Origin: Elsinoe ampelina
Taxonomy: Eukaryota
Length of the DNA stretch: 64,000 nt
Reading direction: 5' to 3'
NCBI GenBank assembly: GCA_010093995.1
Contig: ML992508.1
Coordinates: 592,506-656,505, forward strand
Shown here: piece after piece, positions 13,001 through 25,407 of the stretch
Layout of the letters: each line of letters starts with the position of its first letter
Numbering within the stretch: position 1 is the stretch's first letter
The notes under the pieces: model-generated
The model's input: the letters and a program-made list of their open reading frames with translations, nothing else
What the model was told of the DNA's origin: nothing
Database searches by the model: none
Translations under genes and position numbers: made by a program

Positions 13001-14865
13001 GTACCTTAGTATTATTATTAGCTAAGATAGAGTTAAGATAGATCCTAAGAAGGTAGAAGCTATATAAGTGTAGAAATAGCTAGCCCCTAGTAACACTACT
13101 TAGGTAAGAAGCTTTATTAGCTTCTATAGCTACTATTGTCGCTTTATTAAGGGATTTAGCACTATCGCTAAGCTACTAAACGATTTACTTAAGAAGGACA
13201 CTATACTATAGAACGATAAGTATACTACTATATTTAATTATATAAAGTATACTATTATAAGCGTACCTATCCTTACGTACTTTAATTACTTAAAATAGAT
13301 AGTCCTTAAGATAGACACCTCCGACACTACTACTACTAGAATTCTATTATAATATAATAAGTCTAACGTTCTCTAGCCTATTACCTTTTTTAGTAAATCT
13401 ATAAATAAAGCCGAACGTAACTACGCTATCTATAATAAGGAACTACTAGCTATTATCTAAGCCTTCGAGGAGTAGGCCCCTAAGCTTATAAGTACTTAAT
13501 CTAATAAGGCTATCTATATTCTTACTAACTACTAATTCTTAATATACTTTATAAAGACTTAGAAGCTATTACGCTACTAAGTGTACTAGGCTCTCTACCT
13601 TATATAGTTTAACTTTAAGATTATATATAGGCCTAGCGCTACTAACAGCAAGGCTAATACACTTATAAGGAGAAATAGAGATATACTATATTTAAAAGAA
13701 GACTCTAATCTACGCTAGACGCTACTACTATATAAGGTGCTAGATTAGCGCATTATTAACAAACTAAATCTAGGTCGTATCTAAACTAAATTACTAATCT
13801 AAGCTAAACTAAGATCTAGTTTAGTATCCCGTTTACGAACTAGTTTATTATTTAGTTTATTACCTATTTTACCTCCTATTTTACTACCTATATCGGCGCC
13901 TATTTCGGCTACTAAACTAGGTATCTACGTAGTACCTATCTTAGCTATAGAAGAGCCTTTACCCCTTTTCGACGAAGTAGCTAAAGCTAACCTATAAGAC
14001 TCCGATTTTAAGATAGTTTATAGCATTTACTATATAATAGAAGCCTTCCTAAAGAGGAAATAGCTACTATCGACCGATGTTATAATTAAAAAGAAAATAC
14101 TATAGGCTAATAGCCGACTAATCGTGCCTTTCTCTATAGCTACGAAGGTTATCTAAGAAGTTTATATATCGAAGAATTATATACATGTAGGAGCCACTAA
14201 GACAGCTACTATAATAAAGTCTACTTTCTATATCTCTAGATATAATAGTAATATTAAGAGGTTCGTCGCTAACTATTACAACTATAAGTATTTAAAGGCT
14301 TATTATAGTTTACTAGCTAGCCTCTTATCGCTATTGTCTATTCCGGAAAGGCCTTAGTAATATATTACTATAGACTTCGTTACTAGCCTACTCTTAGTAG
14401 ATAGCTATAATATAGTACTATATATTATTAATCGCTTATCTAAGGAATAACACTTAATTCCTTACTTCTCTAGAGATAAGAGAACCTTAGCGTTCGAGAC
14501 TACTAAGTTATTATTCTTCTACGTATAGAAACTATATAGCCTACTAAATAGTATTACCTCTAACTATAGTCTCTAGTTCGTTAGCGATGTATAGAGTAGG
14601 CTCTACTAGATTCTAAAAATTATAGCTAAGCTCTTAACTACTAGCTACCCTTAAACTAATAGCTAATTAGAGGTTATAAATCGTAAGTTTAAGTAGGTTA
14701 TTCGTTTATACGCTACACGTTTTAGTAATTAGACTCTTATTCTACTAGTAGTAGAGTTCTCTACTAATACTAGCCTATTAGAAAGTATAAAGCTATTACT
14801 ATTCGAGGTTACTAGGGAATACAAGTCTAGGCTAAGCTTCTAGCTCTCTTCCGACGTACTATTAA
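10050..14865 (+). pseudogene. Gypsy A gag-pol (5' part, up to the element B insertion)
   Basis: Zn knuckle (C)YV(C)(G)KP(GH) at ~11095; protease AFI(D)T(GA) at ~11517; RT IYLD(D)ILIY at ~12858; RNase H (ETDA)SD at ~13305; integrase ITS(DRGPQ)FVSD at ~14555. Start is approximate. Confidence 0.85.
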
Positions 14866-15038
14866 TATAGAGGAGACTCGGTATATAGCTCTAGCTAAGT
14901 CTATCACATAATAAACTCTCTCTAGCTACCTTCTATATAGCCTCTAGCTACTACGAATAAAGGCAGCTATTAGTTTATCTATCTATCTAGCTTATAGATA
15001 TCGGTAGTTCTATACGTTACTATATACTTACTCTTATA
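14866..15038 (+). repeat. Gypsy B 5' LTR
   Basis: TATAGAGGAGAC...CTCTTATA; matches 22147-22319. Confidence 0.92.
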
Positions 15039-15149
15039 TTTCTAATAGCTCCCTTTAGTTATAGCCTATAGAATTATCACTATAGACGATTAAATTATAT
15101 AAGATTATTCTAATTTAGAACCTATTTAGATAGATAGTAGCATTATCAA

Positions 15150-18100
15150 GAATGTCTTATATCCTTAGTCGAGAATGTTAGAAGAGCTAAGAGATAATAG
15201 AGATAGCTAAGAGAGGCATACTTCTACTAGTAGTAATAGTAGCCGTATAGCTATTATGTTAGAAGCAATAATAGCCTAGCTAGACAAAGTTAAAAATTTA
15301 GTACAGGACTATAATTAACTTTAATATGCTAGTGCTACTCTAGCTAAAGGCCGGATAACTACTAAAGTAGTTCCTTTAGTACCTCTAGGGCTAGTATTAA
15401 TAGGTCTACCTACTATAGGTTAATCTATAACGCTAATAACTAGGGGGCTATTAACTAAGGCTAAGGAGCTAGAGCTATATAAGGCTAAGAGCATCTCCGA
15501 GGCTTAGGCCTTTAGAAGGAGCCTCTAGATAGTCTTTAACTATAAACCGACGTAGTTCTCTAATCCGGAGAATTCGGACTAATAACGTATTACTTATATA
15601 GTAATATACCTTTCTCTATCTCTCTAGAAGACATAGGAACGCCTCTATACGCTAGACTTAATAAACTAGTATTATCTCTCGTATAAAGGGGACTTCTTAA
15701 GCTTCGTTAATAATTAAGTAAAAGACTCTATTAACTAAGAGATAAACGTAGTTCTATTCTATTATAGCTACTACTAGAAGAATAATAAGAGTGCCTAGAA
15801 GTTCTCTAATCGATTAGTATCTCTAGAAGAGATAATCGAGCTAAAGTATAATAGTAAGTACCTAGCTTAGTACTACCTAGCTAAACTATTACTCGATCTA
15901 TATAAGTAGATCCTATAGTTCTCTAATATACTAACTACTCGTATAAAGCTTATTATATAAGCCTTTACTCTCGAGAACCTTACTTAGAGTAAAGACTATA
16001 ACTAATAGAAGCGCTATAGAGCCTCCCTAGAGGCGTTCGGTAGCGATTATAGAAAGCGCTCTAAAGGCGAGAAAGGAGATAAGTAGAAGAGTAAGGGCAA
16101 GAGTAAGAGCTAGTAGAGAGGTACTTACTAGAGAGCTAGCTATTAGGCTAGCGGCAGAAACAATCCCTAAGGAAGTCCCGTAGGCAAGTGTTTCTACTAT
16201 TATAAGAAAGAGTACTATACTTACTCCTGTCCTAAGAAGCTAGATTCGAGCCGGAATAGTAGTAGTAAGGGAGGTAGCAATATTAGAAATGTAAAGGCGG
16301 AGGGTAGTACGCTCGTACCTACGTAATACGTTATAGAATGCTAGAGGAGCTTACCCTAGAGCTATAAGGCTCCTATAGTACTTCTAGTATAGGCTTACTC
16401 GAGCCTAGTTCTTAGCCTCGATAGTAAGGTCGAGGTTAAGGTGCTCTTAGATAACGTAGCTAATATTAACGTTATTAACCTAGCATTTATACTCTAGTAT
16501 AACTTATAAAAGGCAGACGTAGAGTACCCTTAGGTAAGAAGCTTCTAGAGAAAGAAGGCTTACTATTATAGCGCCTATAAAGTAGACTTATACCTTATAG
16601 ACAATACTAGAGTAACACGAGAGTCGAAAGGCATTTTCTATACGTTAGAAACTAGCTCTCCTATTATTCTTAGTAGGCTATAGCGTTATAACTAAAGTGT
16701 CGTAATAGATAGCTATACTAACTAGTAGAGATATAGCTATAACATTGCTAGCGTTAGAGTAGTATAAGCGAAGGAGTTTATAAACCTTCTACTCGCTAGA
16801 AACTAAGGATTTACTCTAGTAGTGTCTAATACGACACTAGATACAATAGTTCGGAAGGTAGCTAGATTCTCTATAGAGGAACTACCTAGCGGAGCTATAA
16901 ACCTACTACTCTACGTAAAAGAGTTTAGCGATGTATTTATTATTAACTCTATACATATATATACTATAGACGGTGTAGTATACTCTATCGATCTAATAGA
17001 AGAGAAATAACCTTCCTTCTAACCTCTTTATAACCTCTTAGTAAAGAAACTCGTAGTGCTCTATAAGTACCTTAATAACGCACTAGCTAAAGAATAAATC
17101 TATAGGTTAGAGAGTCTAGCTAGCGTACTAATCCTTTTCGTTCTAAAGAAAGATAGTAGTCTACGCCTATACGTTAACTACTATAGCTTAAACACTATTA
17201 CTATTAAGAATCGACACTCTTTACTCTTAATTAGTAAGACGCTTAATAGGCTAGGTAGAGTAGTAGTATACTCTAAGCTTAATCTTAAGGATATATACTA
17301 CCGTATTAGAATTAAGGCTAGAGACAAGTAGAAAACTACTTTCTAAACTCGCTATAGCTACTTTAAGTACATAGTTATACCTTTTAGCTTAACTAACACC
17401 CCGGCTATATTCTAGGCCTATATTAACTAAGTACTTACGGGGCTAGTTAATAACTTCTATATAGTATATTTAGACAATATTCTAATCTATAGCAACTCTA
17501 TAGAGAAGTATAAGAAGTACCTAGAGAAGGTACTAGAGAGGTTAAGGCAGTTTATATTATACGTAAACCTAAAGAAGTATAACTTCTTTAAAAAGAAAGT
17601 TAAGTTCTTAAGCTTTATAGTAACTACTAAGAGAGTTATAATAAACCTCTAGAGAGTTTCTATAATTACGGATTAGCCGACCCCTAGGAGCTACTACGAG
17701 GTTTAGTAGTTTCTTAGCTTTACTAACTTCTATCGAAGGTTTATCTAGAACGATTTAAAGATCGTAGAGCTCTTAATAGCGTTATTTAAGAGGTTATAGA
17801 AAGAAAAGCAATCGGCACTCTAGAAGTAGACTACCCTAGAATAAAAGGTATTTAAGACTATCTAGAAGGTCTTTACTAAGGCGCTAGTACTTAGGCACTA
17901 TAAGCCGTCTAGGCCAATTAAGATTAAGACTAACGCGTCTAAGTAGACACTCGAAGCAATTATCTCCTAGTTAGTTCTAGTTAGGGATACTAGTAAATAG
18001 CACCCTATTACTTTCTAGTCTTATAAGCTACTCTCTATAGAATAGAACTACGAGACCTATAATTAGGAGCTTCTCTCTATTATAGAGGCATTTAAGCAGT

Positions 18101-20210
18101 AGAGACACTACTATAAGGGTGCTCTAGACCTAGTCTAGGTAATTTTTAATTATAATAACCTAAGGTACTTTATAACGACTAAGTATTTAAATAGTTACTA
18201 GGCCTAGTAGGCTATATATCTATAGGTATTTAACTTTATAATTAAGTACTACGCGAGCTCTAAGAACCTAGCGGATACTCCCTTACATTGTCCGGACCTA
18301 ATAGTAGATAAGATAGGCCTTATAAATAGCCTACCGACTTTATAGTTAAAGCTAGAGGCTAGCTAGCTAGCTATAGGCAGTATAGTACGGCGGATCTATA
18401 TATCCTTACTAGAACGCTTAAAGGGCACTACTTTAGAAGAAGATATAGACGTAACTATCCGCGTAGTATATACTAGTTATTTAGACGCGAACGAGGACTA
18501 GAGAGACTCTAAGGAGTTTCTAGAAAATAAGTTTAAATACAAAGAAGATACTAAAGACGCTAGGGGTAGTTCCCTAGAAGCTAACTAGCCTAACTAGCCG
18601 CAAAGTAAGTAGTTAAAGCGTAGGGAGGTAAGGCTATACTAATTAGGTACAATGCTAAGATTAATGCCTCGTATCGCTACTATAGTAGTAATAGAAGAGG
18701 AAAATCTATAGAGAGAGAGTTCTAGCGACTAGCTTCTCGAAGCTATTTATAGTCTATAGAAGTAGGATTTAATAGCGTAGCGGCGTATAAATCTCTCTAT
18801 TTAAAGAGCTAATAGAGGCTCCTTAGTATAGTATCGAAAGAGCGAACTTCTATATAAGGATAATACTATATATATACTAGAAGATGTAGCACTCTATATA
18901 GAGTTACTATAGTAGCACTATAATAAGTTTAATAGTAGTTACTTCGCTTATAACAAAACATATAAACTCTTAGCTAGAAAGTACTACTAGCCTAGTATAT
19001 ATTACAACGTCGATAACTATATTAAGACGTGCTATGTTTACTAAACTATAAAGACTTAGACCTATACCCCTTATAGTAAGCTTATAAATTTGCTAATGCC
19101 TAAGGCGCTATAGAAAGAGTTAACAATAGACTTTATTATAGATATGCCTTTAAGTAAGCTAAATAGCGTTATATACGACGTAGTACTTATAGTAGTAGAT
19201 TAACTTACTAAGATAGTAAAGTATATTCTGTGCTAGAAGACAATTACGGCCTAGTAGCTTACTAAGCTGTTTTTCGATCGAATTATACTAGAGTATAGTA
19301 TTCTAGAAGAAGTAGTATTAGACTATAGAACAGTCTTTACTATAGCCTATTAGTAAACGTTTACCTACAAATTACAATTCGTAAGGCGTTTATTAACTAC
19401 TTTCTACCCTTAAATAGATAGATAAATAGAATAATAAAACAGATTCCTAATCTAGTATCTACGCTATTATAGAGTATAGGACTAATCGGATTAGTCTCGC
19501 TAGTTAAAGATAGTAGCTTACGTAGTAAACATCTCCTAGAATAAGACATTATAAATGTCCCTATTCGAGATATATACTAGTAAGAATACTAAAGGAGATC
19601 CGAATAGGGACTAAGAGTATTTCCTTTAGAGAGAAGTACTAGCTATATAAGATTATATAGCCGCCCTAGTCTCGATAAGGTAGGGCTTATAGAAGCGCTA
19701 GAAGTAAGCTTAGGAGTAGTAGAAGGACTTCTATAATAAGTAGCGTAAGCTAATGTCCTTTAATATAGGAGATAGAGTTCTTCTATCTACTAAGAACCTA
19801 AGGCTAAAGGTAGTAAAACATAAGCTAGCGCCGAAGTGCTTTAGACTATTTAAGGTGCTAGATTCCGTAGAAGCCTAAGCGTACTAGTTATAGTTACTAG
19901 AGGAGTCCCGTATCTACGACGTATTCTATATCTCCTTACTTAAGCTATATAACTCTCGTAGGAGTACTAAGGTAAATTCGGGGCTAGTTAAGGTAGACAA
20001 TAGTATAGAATATAAGGTAGAGCGAATCTTAGAGCATAGTTAGCAGAAAGAAGACACGTTCCTAAAGGTGCTCTAGAAAGGCTATACTCTATTAGAGGTA
20101 ACCTAGGAACTAGAAGAGGTATTAGAGAATACCTCGGAGGTAGTAACTAAGTACTAGGTAAACGTCGGCTAGAAGACTAATAGAAGAGTTATAAAGAGAG
20201 TATAGAGGTA
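15150..20210 (+). pseudogene. Gypsy B gag-pol with chromodomain, RIP-inactivated
   Basis: CF(HCH)KK..(H)..SCP knuckle at ~16189 in frame with the protease; RT VYLD(D)ILIY at ~17463; IKTNAS (ETDAS) RNase H at ~17923; integrase; EY(E)VERILEH chromodomain at ~20008. Boundaries are approximate. Confidence 0.88.
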
Positions 20211-20244
20211 AACATAGGTAGTATAGACTATATATTCTAAGAAT

Positions 20245-21625
20245 CTATCTACTATAACTCCCTAACTCTACGCTTAGAGCACTAACTACCTAGTCTTACT
20301 TAGTGCTACTCTACTTAGTAGCGTAGAGAGTATTCTTATATATATTCTAGTAGGTAGTAACGACGGAGTTCTCTACCTTAGACCTTAGCTATAGGTTAGT
20401 CTTATAAGCTACTAGATTCTCTATAGTCTTATTACTAAAGTTAGGCATCTCGTAGGTACCGATAGTAAAGGCATAGAGATTATCTATAGAGAGAATAGTA
20501 ACAAGAAAGTGCCTAATAGCGTAGTAGTAGTTAGCTACGGCCTAACAAGCGTTACTACCCTTAGGGAGCTTAAGAGACTTAGCTAGTAGGTCGATGTAAC
20601 GCTAACGAGCCTTATTACTACTAAAGAACGTAAGAGAGCAAGTCTTAAGAGTAAAGTAGTTAACTACGGAACTAGTATAGAAGCTAACTAGATTACTAGT
20701 AGAAGCTTTATAAGCTTAGGCACTTATAGGCAGATTGCGCCTAATAGTGCTACTAGGAGATATAAAGCCCTTATTATTACTATTAGTATCGGCGTTAGCT
20801 ATATTAGTATTATAGTTTAAGTAGGAAGAGTAGTAGATAGAGGTAGCTAGCTTAGTAGCCTAGGTGCCCTTACTAGAGGATATAGTAGGCTTCTTAGCTA
20901 GGGTAGCGAGTTTCTTAGCCTTAGACTTCTTAGGAGTAGTAGGCTTAATAGGCTTCTTAGGCTCTAGAGACCTAGTAGCCTCCTTAGTCTTACGCTTCTT
21001 CCTATAGATATCCGCGCGAAAGAGAGTTAAAGCTACTAGAAGATCCTTACTAGAGTAGTGCTATAGACAAGTTAGTAGTAAAGAACACTCTCGATAAGGT
21101 TAACACCTATAGTGTAGAGAATAGTAGTAATATTCTCGATAGTAAGGCATAGGCTACGTATTTTAGTAACCTTAGCGCGCTCTAAGTTCTTCCCTTAGAG
21201 AGAGGTAATATTAGTACTAGCGTAAGTGTCCTATATACCCTTAGTCTACTTATATTCCTTAATAAGGTTTATAGCCTCGATATACTTATTAGTGTAGTAG
21301 TTGTACTTCTTAACTAATATAAGGTTAATAGAGTTCTAGGAGACGTAGTTATAGTACTAGATAGTGCCGTAGGCGTTATTAACGCGGTCTAGTAGAATAG
21401 CGTTATTAATGTTATAGTAAGCGACCTTTATATACTTATAGCAAGTATAAGTCTTAGTAACCCCTAGGTTGTAGTTATAGAGAGCATCTAGCGAATATTA
21501 GTAGCGCCTCTAGAGAACTACTAGTAGAGTACTAGAGACTTACTAATTATATCCCTAACGTAGTTACTATAGTAGTAGTAAGGGGTAATACGTAGTAGTA
21601 GCGCCTAAGAAGCTCTAGGAGCTAT
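20245..21625 (-). pseudogene. Antisense two-intron accessory gene of Gypsy B with a Lys/Pro/Ala-rich basic tract
   Basis: Introns 21488-21543 (GTAAGT...TACTAAT...TAG) and 21061-21110 (RIPped GTAGGT...TACTAAC...TAG) join three near-open frames of ~420 codons. KKRKTKEATRSLEPKKPIKPTTPKKSKAKKLATLAKKPT at 20884-21000. Confidence 0.7.
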
Positions 21626-22146
21626 AGTACTTACTAAGGTATTCGAGAAGCTATATATAGAAAGGACTAACGTATTAAAGCGTAAGAGATGCCTATATAG
21701 GCGCGTTCTATTTACTATATAATACAATAAACATAGAAGGTAAATTTATATACGTTGTTATCTCCTAGGAGGTAGTAGTATTATCTAAGAATTAACGTTA
21801 TAAAGTATCGATATATAATACTTACTTAGGACCTCCAAGGGAGTTCTATATAGTAAATAAACTAATCCTATACGTTTGCTAAAGCGCTAGTTGTTTCTTA
21901 AAGCAATAAATGCTTTAGCTTATAATATAAAGAATAGCTATTAGAGGAGAGCTATATTTGCCTTAATATATTAGTGTCGTTAGTAAATAAAGGTATAATA
22001 GATATAAAGAGTAAATAAAGAAGCTAAGTTCTTCCCCTATATAAGGAATACTAACCTACCCTTATAGGAGAGGCCTATAATAGCGATTAGAGGCCTACGA
22101 AGGATATAGTTTAATTAAGGGTAATTAAATATAAAGAGGAGATAAT

Positions 22147-22319
22147 TATAAAGGAGACTTAGTATATAGCTCCGGCTAAGTCTATTACGTAACGAACTCT
22201 CTTTAGCTACCTTCTATACGGCCTTTAGCTACTACGAACAAAGGCAGCTATTAGTTTATTTATCTATCTAGCTTATAGATATTAGTAGTTCTATATATTA
22301 CTATATACCTACTCTTATA
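22147..22319 (+). repeat. Gypsy B 3' LTR
   Basis: Direct repeat of 14866-15038. Confidence 0.92.
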
Positions 22320-22915
22320 ATTAACAAGAGCTAAGCTAAATAAGGCCGACATTTACGCTCTTACTAAGCAACTAGAAGAAGCGCTAGCTATTACTAAGGC
22401 TAACCTTGCTATTACCTAATTATAAATAGTAGAGTAAGCTAATAGACACTACTAGCTAATAGAGTTCGAGGTAGGCGATTTAGTTTAGCTATTAACAAAG
22501 AACCTCTAGTTACTAGGCAATCTAAAGCTACTACTAAAGTATGTTAGTTCTTATAAGATTCTTAAAAAATAGTTACTATTAGTATATAGGCTCGATCTAC
22601 TAGCTACTCTATAAAGGATTTACTCTATGTTCTATACTAACCTCCTTACTAAGCACCTAAATAACTCCCTACTAGGCTAAGTCTTTAGGGAACTACCTCT
22701 AGTAGAGGTCGATAGTAAGAAAGAGTATAAGGTAGATAATGTAATTAATATATATATACTATAAGGAAAGCTAGTTACTTATATAAGCTAGAAGAGCTAT
22801 CTAGAGAATCTTACGTAGTGGCTAATTAATAACCTTAAAGGAGTAGCCGATGTGCTATATAACTATCTAGACTCTTATATAGATAAGCTAAAGCCGAAAT
22901 AGATTAATAAATAAT
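22320..22915 (+). pseudogene. Gypsy A integrase C-terminus and chromodomain (resumes after B)
   Basis: GPY/F-type region, then EY(E)VDNVI(D) chromodomain at ~22723; PPT before 22960. Confidence 0.85.
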
Positions 22916-22959
22916 ATATAATAGTATTTAAGAGTAAATACGCTTAGGAGAAGAGATAG

Positions 22960-23162
22960 TAATATAAGATAGATACAAACTAGATTTAGTTAGGATCTAG
23001 TTTAGATTAGTTACGTGATCTTAGTATTATAGCCTAGGCTTCTAGCCGCTTCGCTCTTAATATTACGCATGCTTTGTATATTAGTTTTCTTCTTCTTCTT
23101 CTAAGTCTTAATATCTTAACGAATAGACGTAATTAACTCTCTTATCTTACTAGTCGTAATTA
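22960..23162 (+). repeat. Gypsy A LTR 2 (internal)
   Basis: Aligns with LTR1 and LTR3; preceded by GGAGAAGAGATAG. Confidence 0.9.
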
Positions 23163-24130
23163 TATATAGTCTACTAGATAGTATTACCTCGAATTATAGC
23201 TCTTAGTTCGTTAGTAACGTATAGAAAAGATTCTACTAAATTCTAAAGATTACTACTAAACTGTCTACTATAGAGTATCTATAAATAGATAGCTAATTAG
23301 AGGTTATAAATTATAAGTTTAAGTAAGTTATTTATTTATACACTATACACTTTAGTAATTAGACACTTGCTCTACTAGTTATAGAATTCTCTACTAATAT
23401 TAACCTATTAGAGAGCACTAAGCTATTACTATTCGAGGTTACTAGAGGATATAAGCTAAGGCTAAGCTTCTAGCTCCCTTCTAACGCACCGTTAATAAGA
23501 GCTAAGCTAAATAAGGTCGACATCCGCGCACTTACTAAGCAACTAGAAGAGGCACTAGCTATTACTAAGGCTAACCTTACTATTGCCTAGTTACGGATAG
23601 TAGAATAAGCTAATAAGCACTACTAGCTAATAGAGTTCGAGGTAAGTAATTTAGTTTAGCTATTAACAAAGAACCTCCGGCTATAGAGCAATCTAAAGCT
23701 ACTACTAAAGTATATTAGTCTCTATAAGATTCTTAAGAAACAATTACTACTAGTATATAAGCTTAATCTACTAGCTACGCTATAAAGGATCTATCTAGTA
23801 TTCTACGCTAACCTCCTTACTAAGTACCTAAATAACTCTCTACTAGGCTAAGTCTTTAATAAACTACCTCTAGTAGAAGTTAATAGTAAAGAGAAATATA
23901 AGGTAGATAACATAATTAATATATATATACTATAAGGGAAGCTAGTTACTTACGTAAGCTAGAAAGGCTATCTAGAGAATCTTACCTAGTAGCTAATTAA
24001 CAATCTTAAAGGAGTAGCTAATATACTATATAACTATCTAGACTCTTATATAGATAAGCTAAGGCTAAGATAGATTAATAGATAATATATAATAGCGTTT
24101 AAGAGTAAACGCATTTAAGAGAAGAGGTAG
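23163..24130 (+). pseudogene. Second copy of the Gypsy A integrase tail and chromodomain
   Basis: Colinear with 14533-14865 plus 22325-22959, and lacks the B insertion. Confidence 0.88.
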
Positions 24131-24335
24131 TAATATAAGGTAGATACAAACTAGATTTAGTTAAGATATAGTTTAGATTAGTTATATAATTTTAGTATTA
24201 TAGCCTAGGCTTCTAGCTACTTCGCTCTTAATATTACACGTGCTTTATATACTAGTTTTCTCTTTCTTCTTCTTCTAAGTCTTAATATTTTAATAAATAG
24301 ACATAATTAACCTCTTATCTTACTAGTCGTAATTA
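24131..24335 (+). repeat. Gypsy A LTR 3 (205 bp)
   Basis: Aligns with LTR1; followed by TSD ATTAC. Confidence 0.9.
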
Positions 24336-24340
24336 ATTAC

Positions 24341-25170
24341 TTAATCTTAAGTAGCTAACCTTATCTAGCTAAGTAGCTACTATAGAGGTTATATAAGGCA
24401 CTATCTTTATAATAGCTTTATAAAGGGTATAAATATGTTAAAATTACTATCTTAAGCTAGTCTCTAAGAGAGTAGCCTTATTAATATACTATCTCTTTTT
24501 AACTCTACTAGTAGTTAGTTTTATTAAGTCTATTATCCGAAGCTAGCTATCGAGTACTTCGACTATAAGTTAAGTAATAAAGAGAATAAGAATACTATAG
24601 CTATACTATAACTACTATACTAGCGGCTAAATAAGTATATAAAGACTCTAGTAAGTATATTATAAGGCGCCTTATAACTAGTAAATATAAGAACTCTTAC
24701 TATTATATAAGCACTAGTAGAATCTAGTACGATTTTTGCGCCTAGTAAGTTAACTCGCTAGAGACTTATAATACTCTAAAATTTAGCTAACTTTTAGATA
24801 GGTTTAAGCTAATATAATTTACTTATATAAGCTAATATATATAGCACGCTAAACGCCTTCTCTTCTACCTTAAGGAGTTCTATTAAGAAGGAGCTATTAA
24901 CTATAGCTAATAATAAGCTATTATAGTAGTAGGCTATTAAGTAACTAGAGGAGCTCTCTAAGTTTATTAACTTAATAAGTTCTTTACTAAGCTCTTCTTT
25001 ACTAAGGTACTTCTTCTTACTACTATTAAGTTCTATTTTCTTTTCTAATTTAATAGCCTTATCGGCTACTAGTATAGCGCTATTAGTATATAACTCCTCT
25101 ACTAAGTCTATTTTTAGATAACTCCTTCTATACTACTAGTCTATACTACTATTTAATAATAGTAATATAG
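24341..25170 (-). pseudogene. 5' part of the unknown multi-intron gene of the TIR element
   Basis: Near-open frame (...DLVEELYTNSAILVADKAIKLEKKIE...), intron near 24563-24606, and ...VSYLRLSN|KNVEKSISKD reading across the removed Gypsy A. Start is approximate. Confidence 0.5.
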
Positions 25171-25407
25171 ATACTAGAGAAGCTAGAGATAAGGTTCCTA
25201 ATAGCGATAACTAAGTTTATTTAAGTATTAAGTAAAAGGTTAGTACTTATATAAAGAAGAAAAGCAATTTATAGATAATAAGGTTAGAGTAGAAGGTTAA
25301 GTATATATATAAGGCTAGTAGATAAGAGAAGTAATTAAAGGTTCCTACTAGCGCTATAGTATTATTATTAGTCTTTATTAGGTATTATATCGTATAGTTA
25401 TTAGTTA

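Larger units (their letters stand above)
14866..22319 (+). mobile_element. Ty3/Gypsy chromovirus B (7454 bp), full length, nested in the integrase of A
   Basis: 173-bp LTRs; TSD ATTAA at 14861-14865 and 22320-22324; purine tract before 22147. The uninterrupted host site is visible in the second A copy at ~23480-23500. Confidence 0.92.
9436..24335 (+). mobile_element. Ty3/Gypsy chromovirus A, composite three-LTR structure, RIP-degraded
   Basis: 5-bp TSD ATTAC at 9431-9435 and 24336-24340; three ~205-bp LTRs; domain order gag-PR-RT-RH-IN-chromodomain. Confidence 0.9.

Noticed and set aside
16822..17010. 62-aa ORF as an independent gene
   Set aside because: It is a stop-free remnant of the Gypsy B pol frame between protease and RT.
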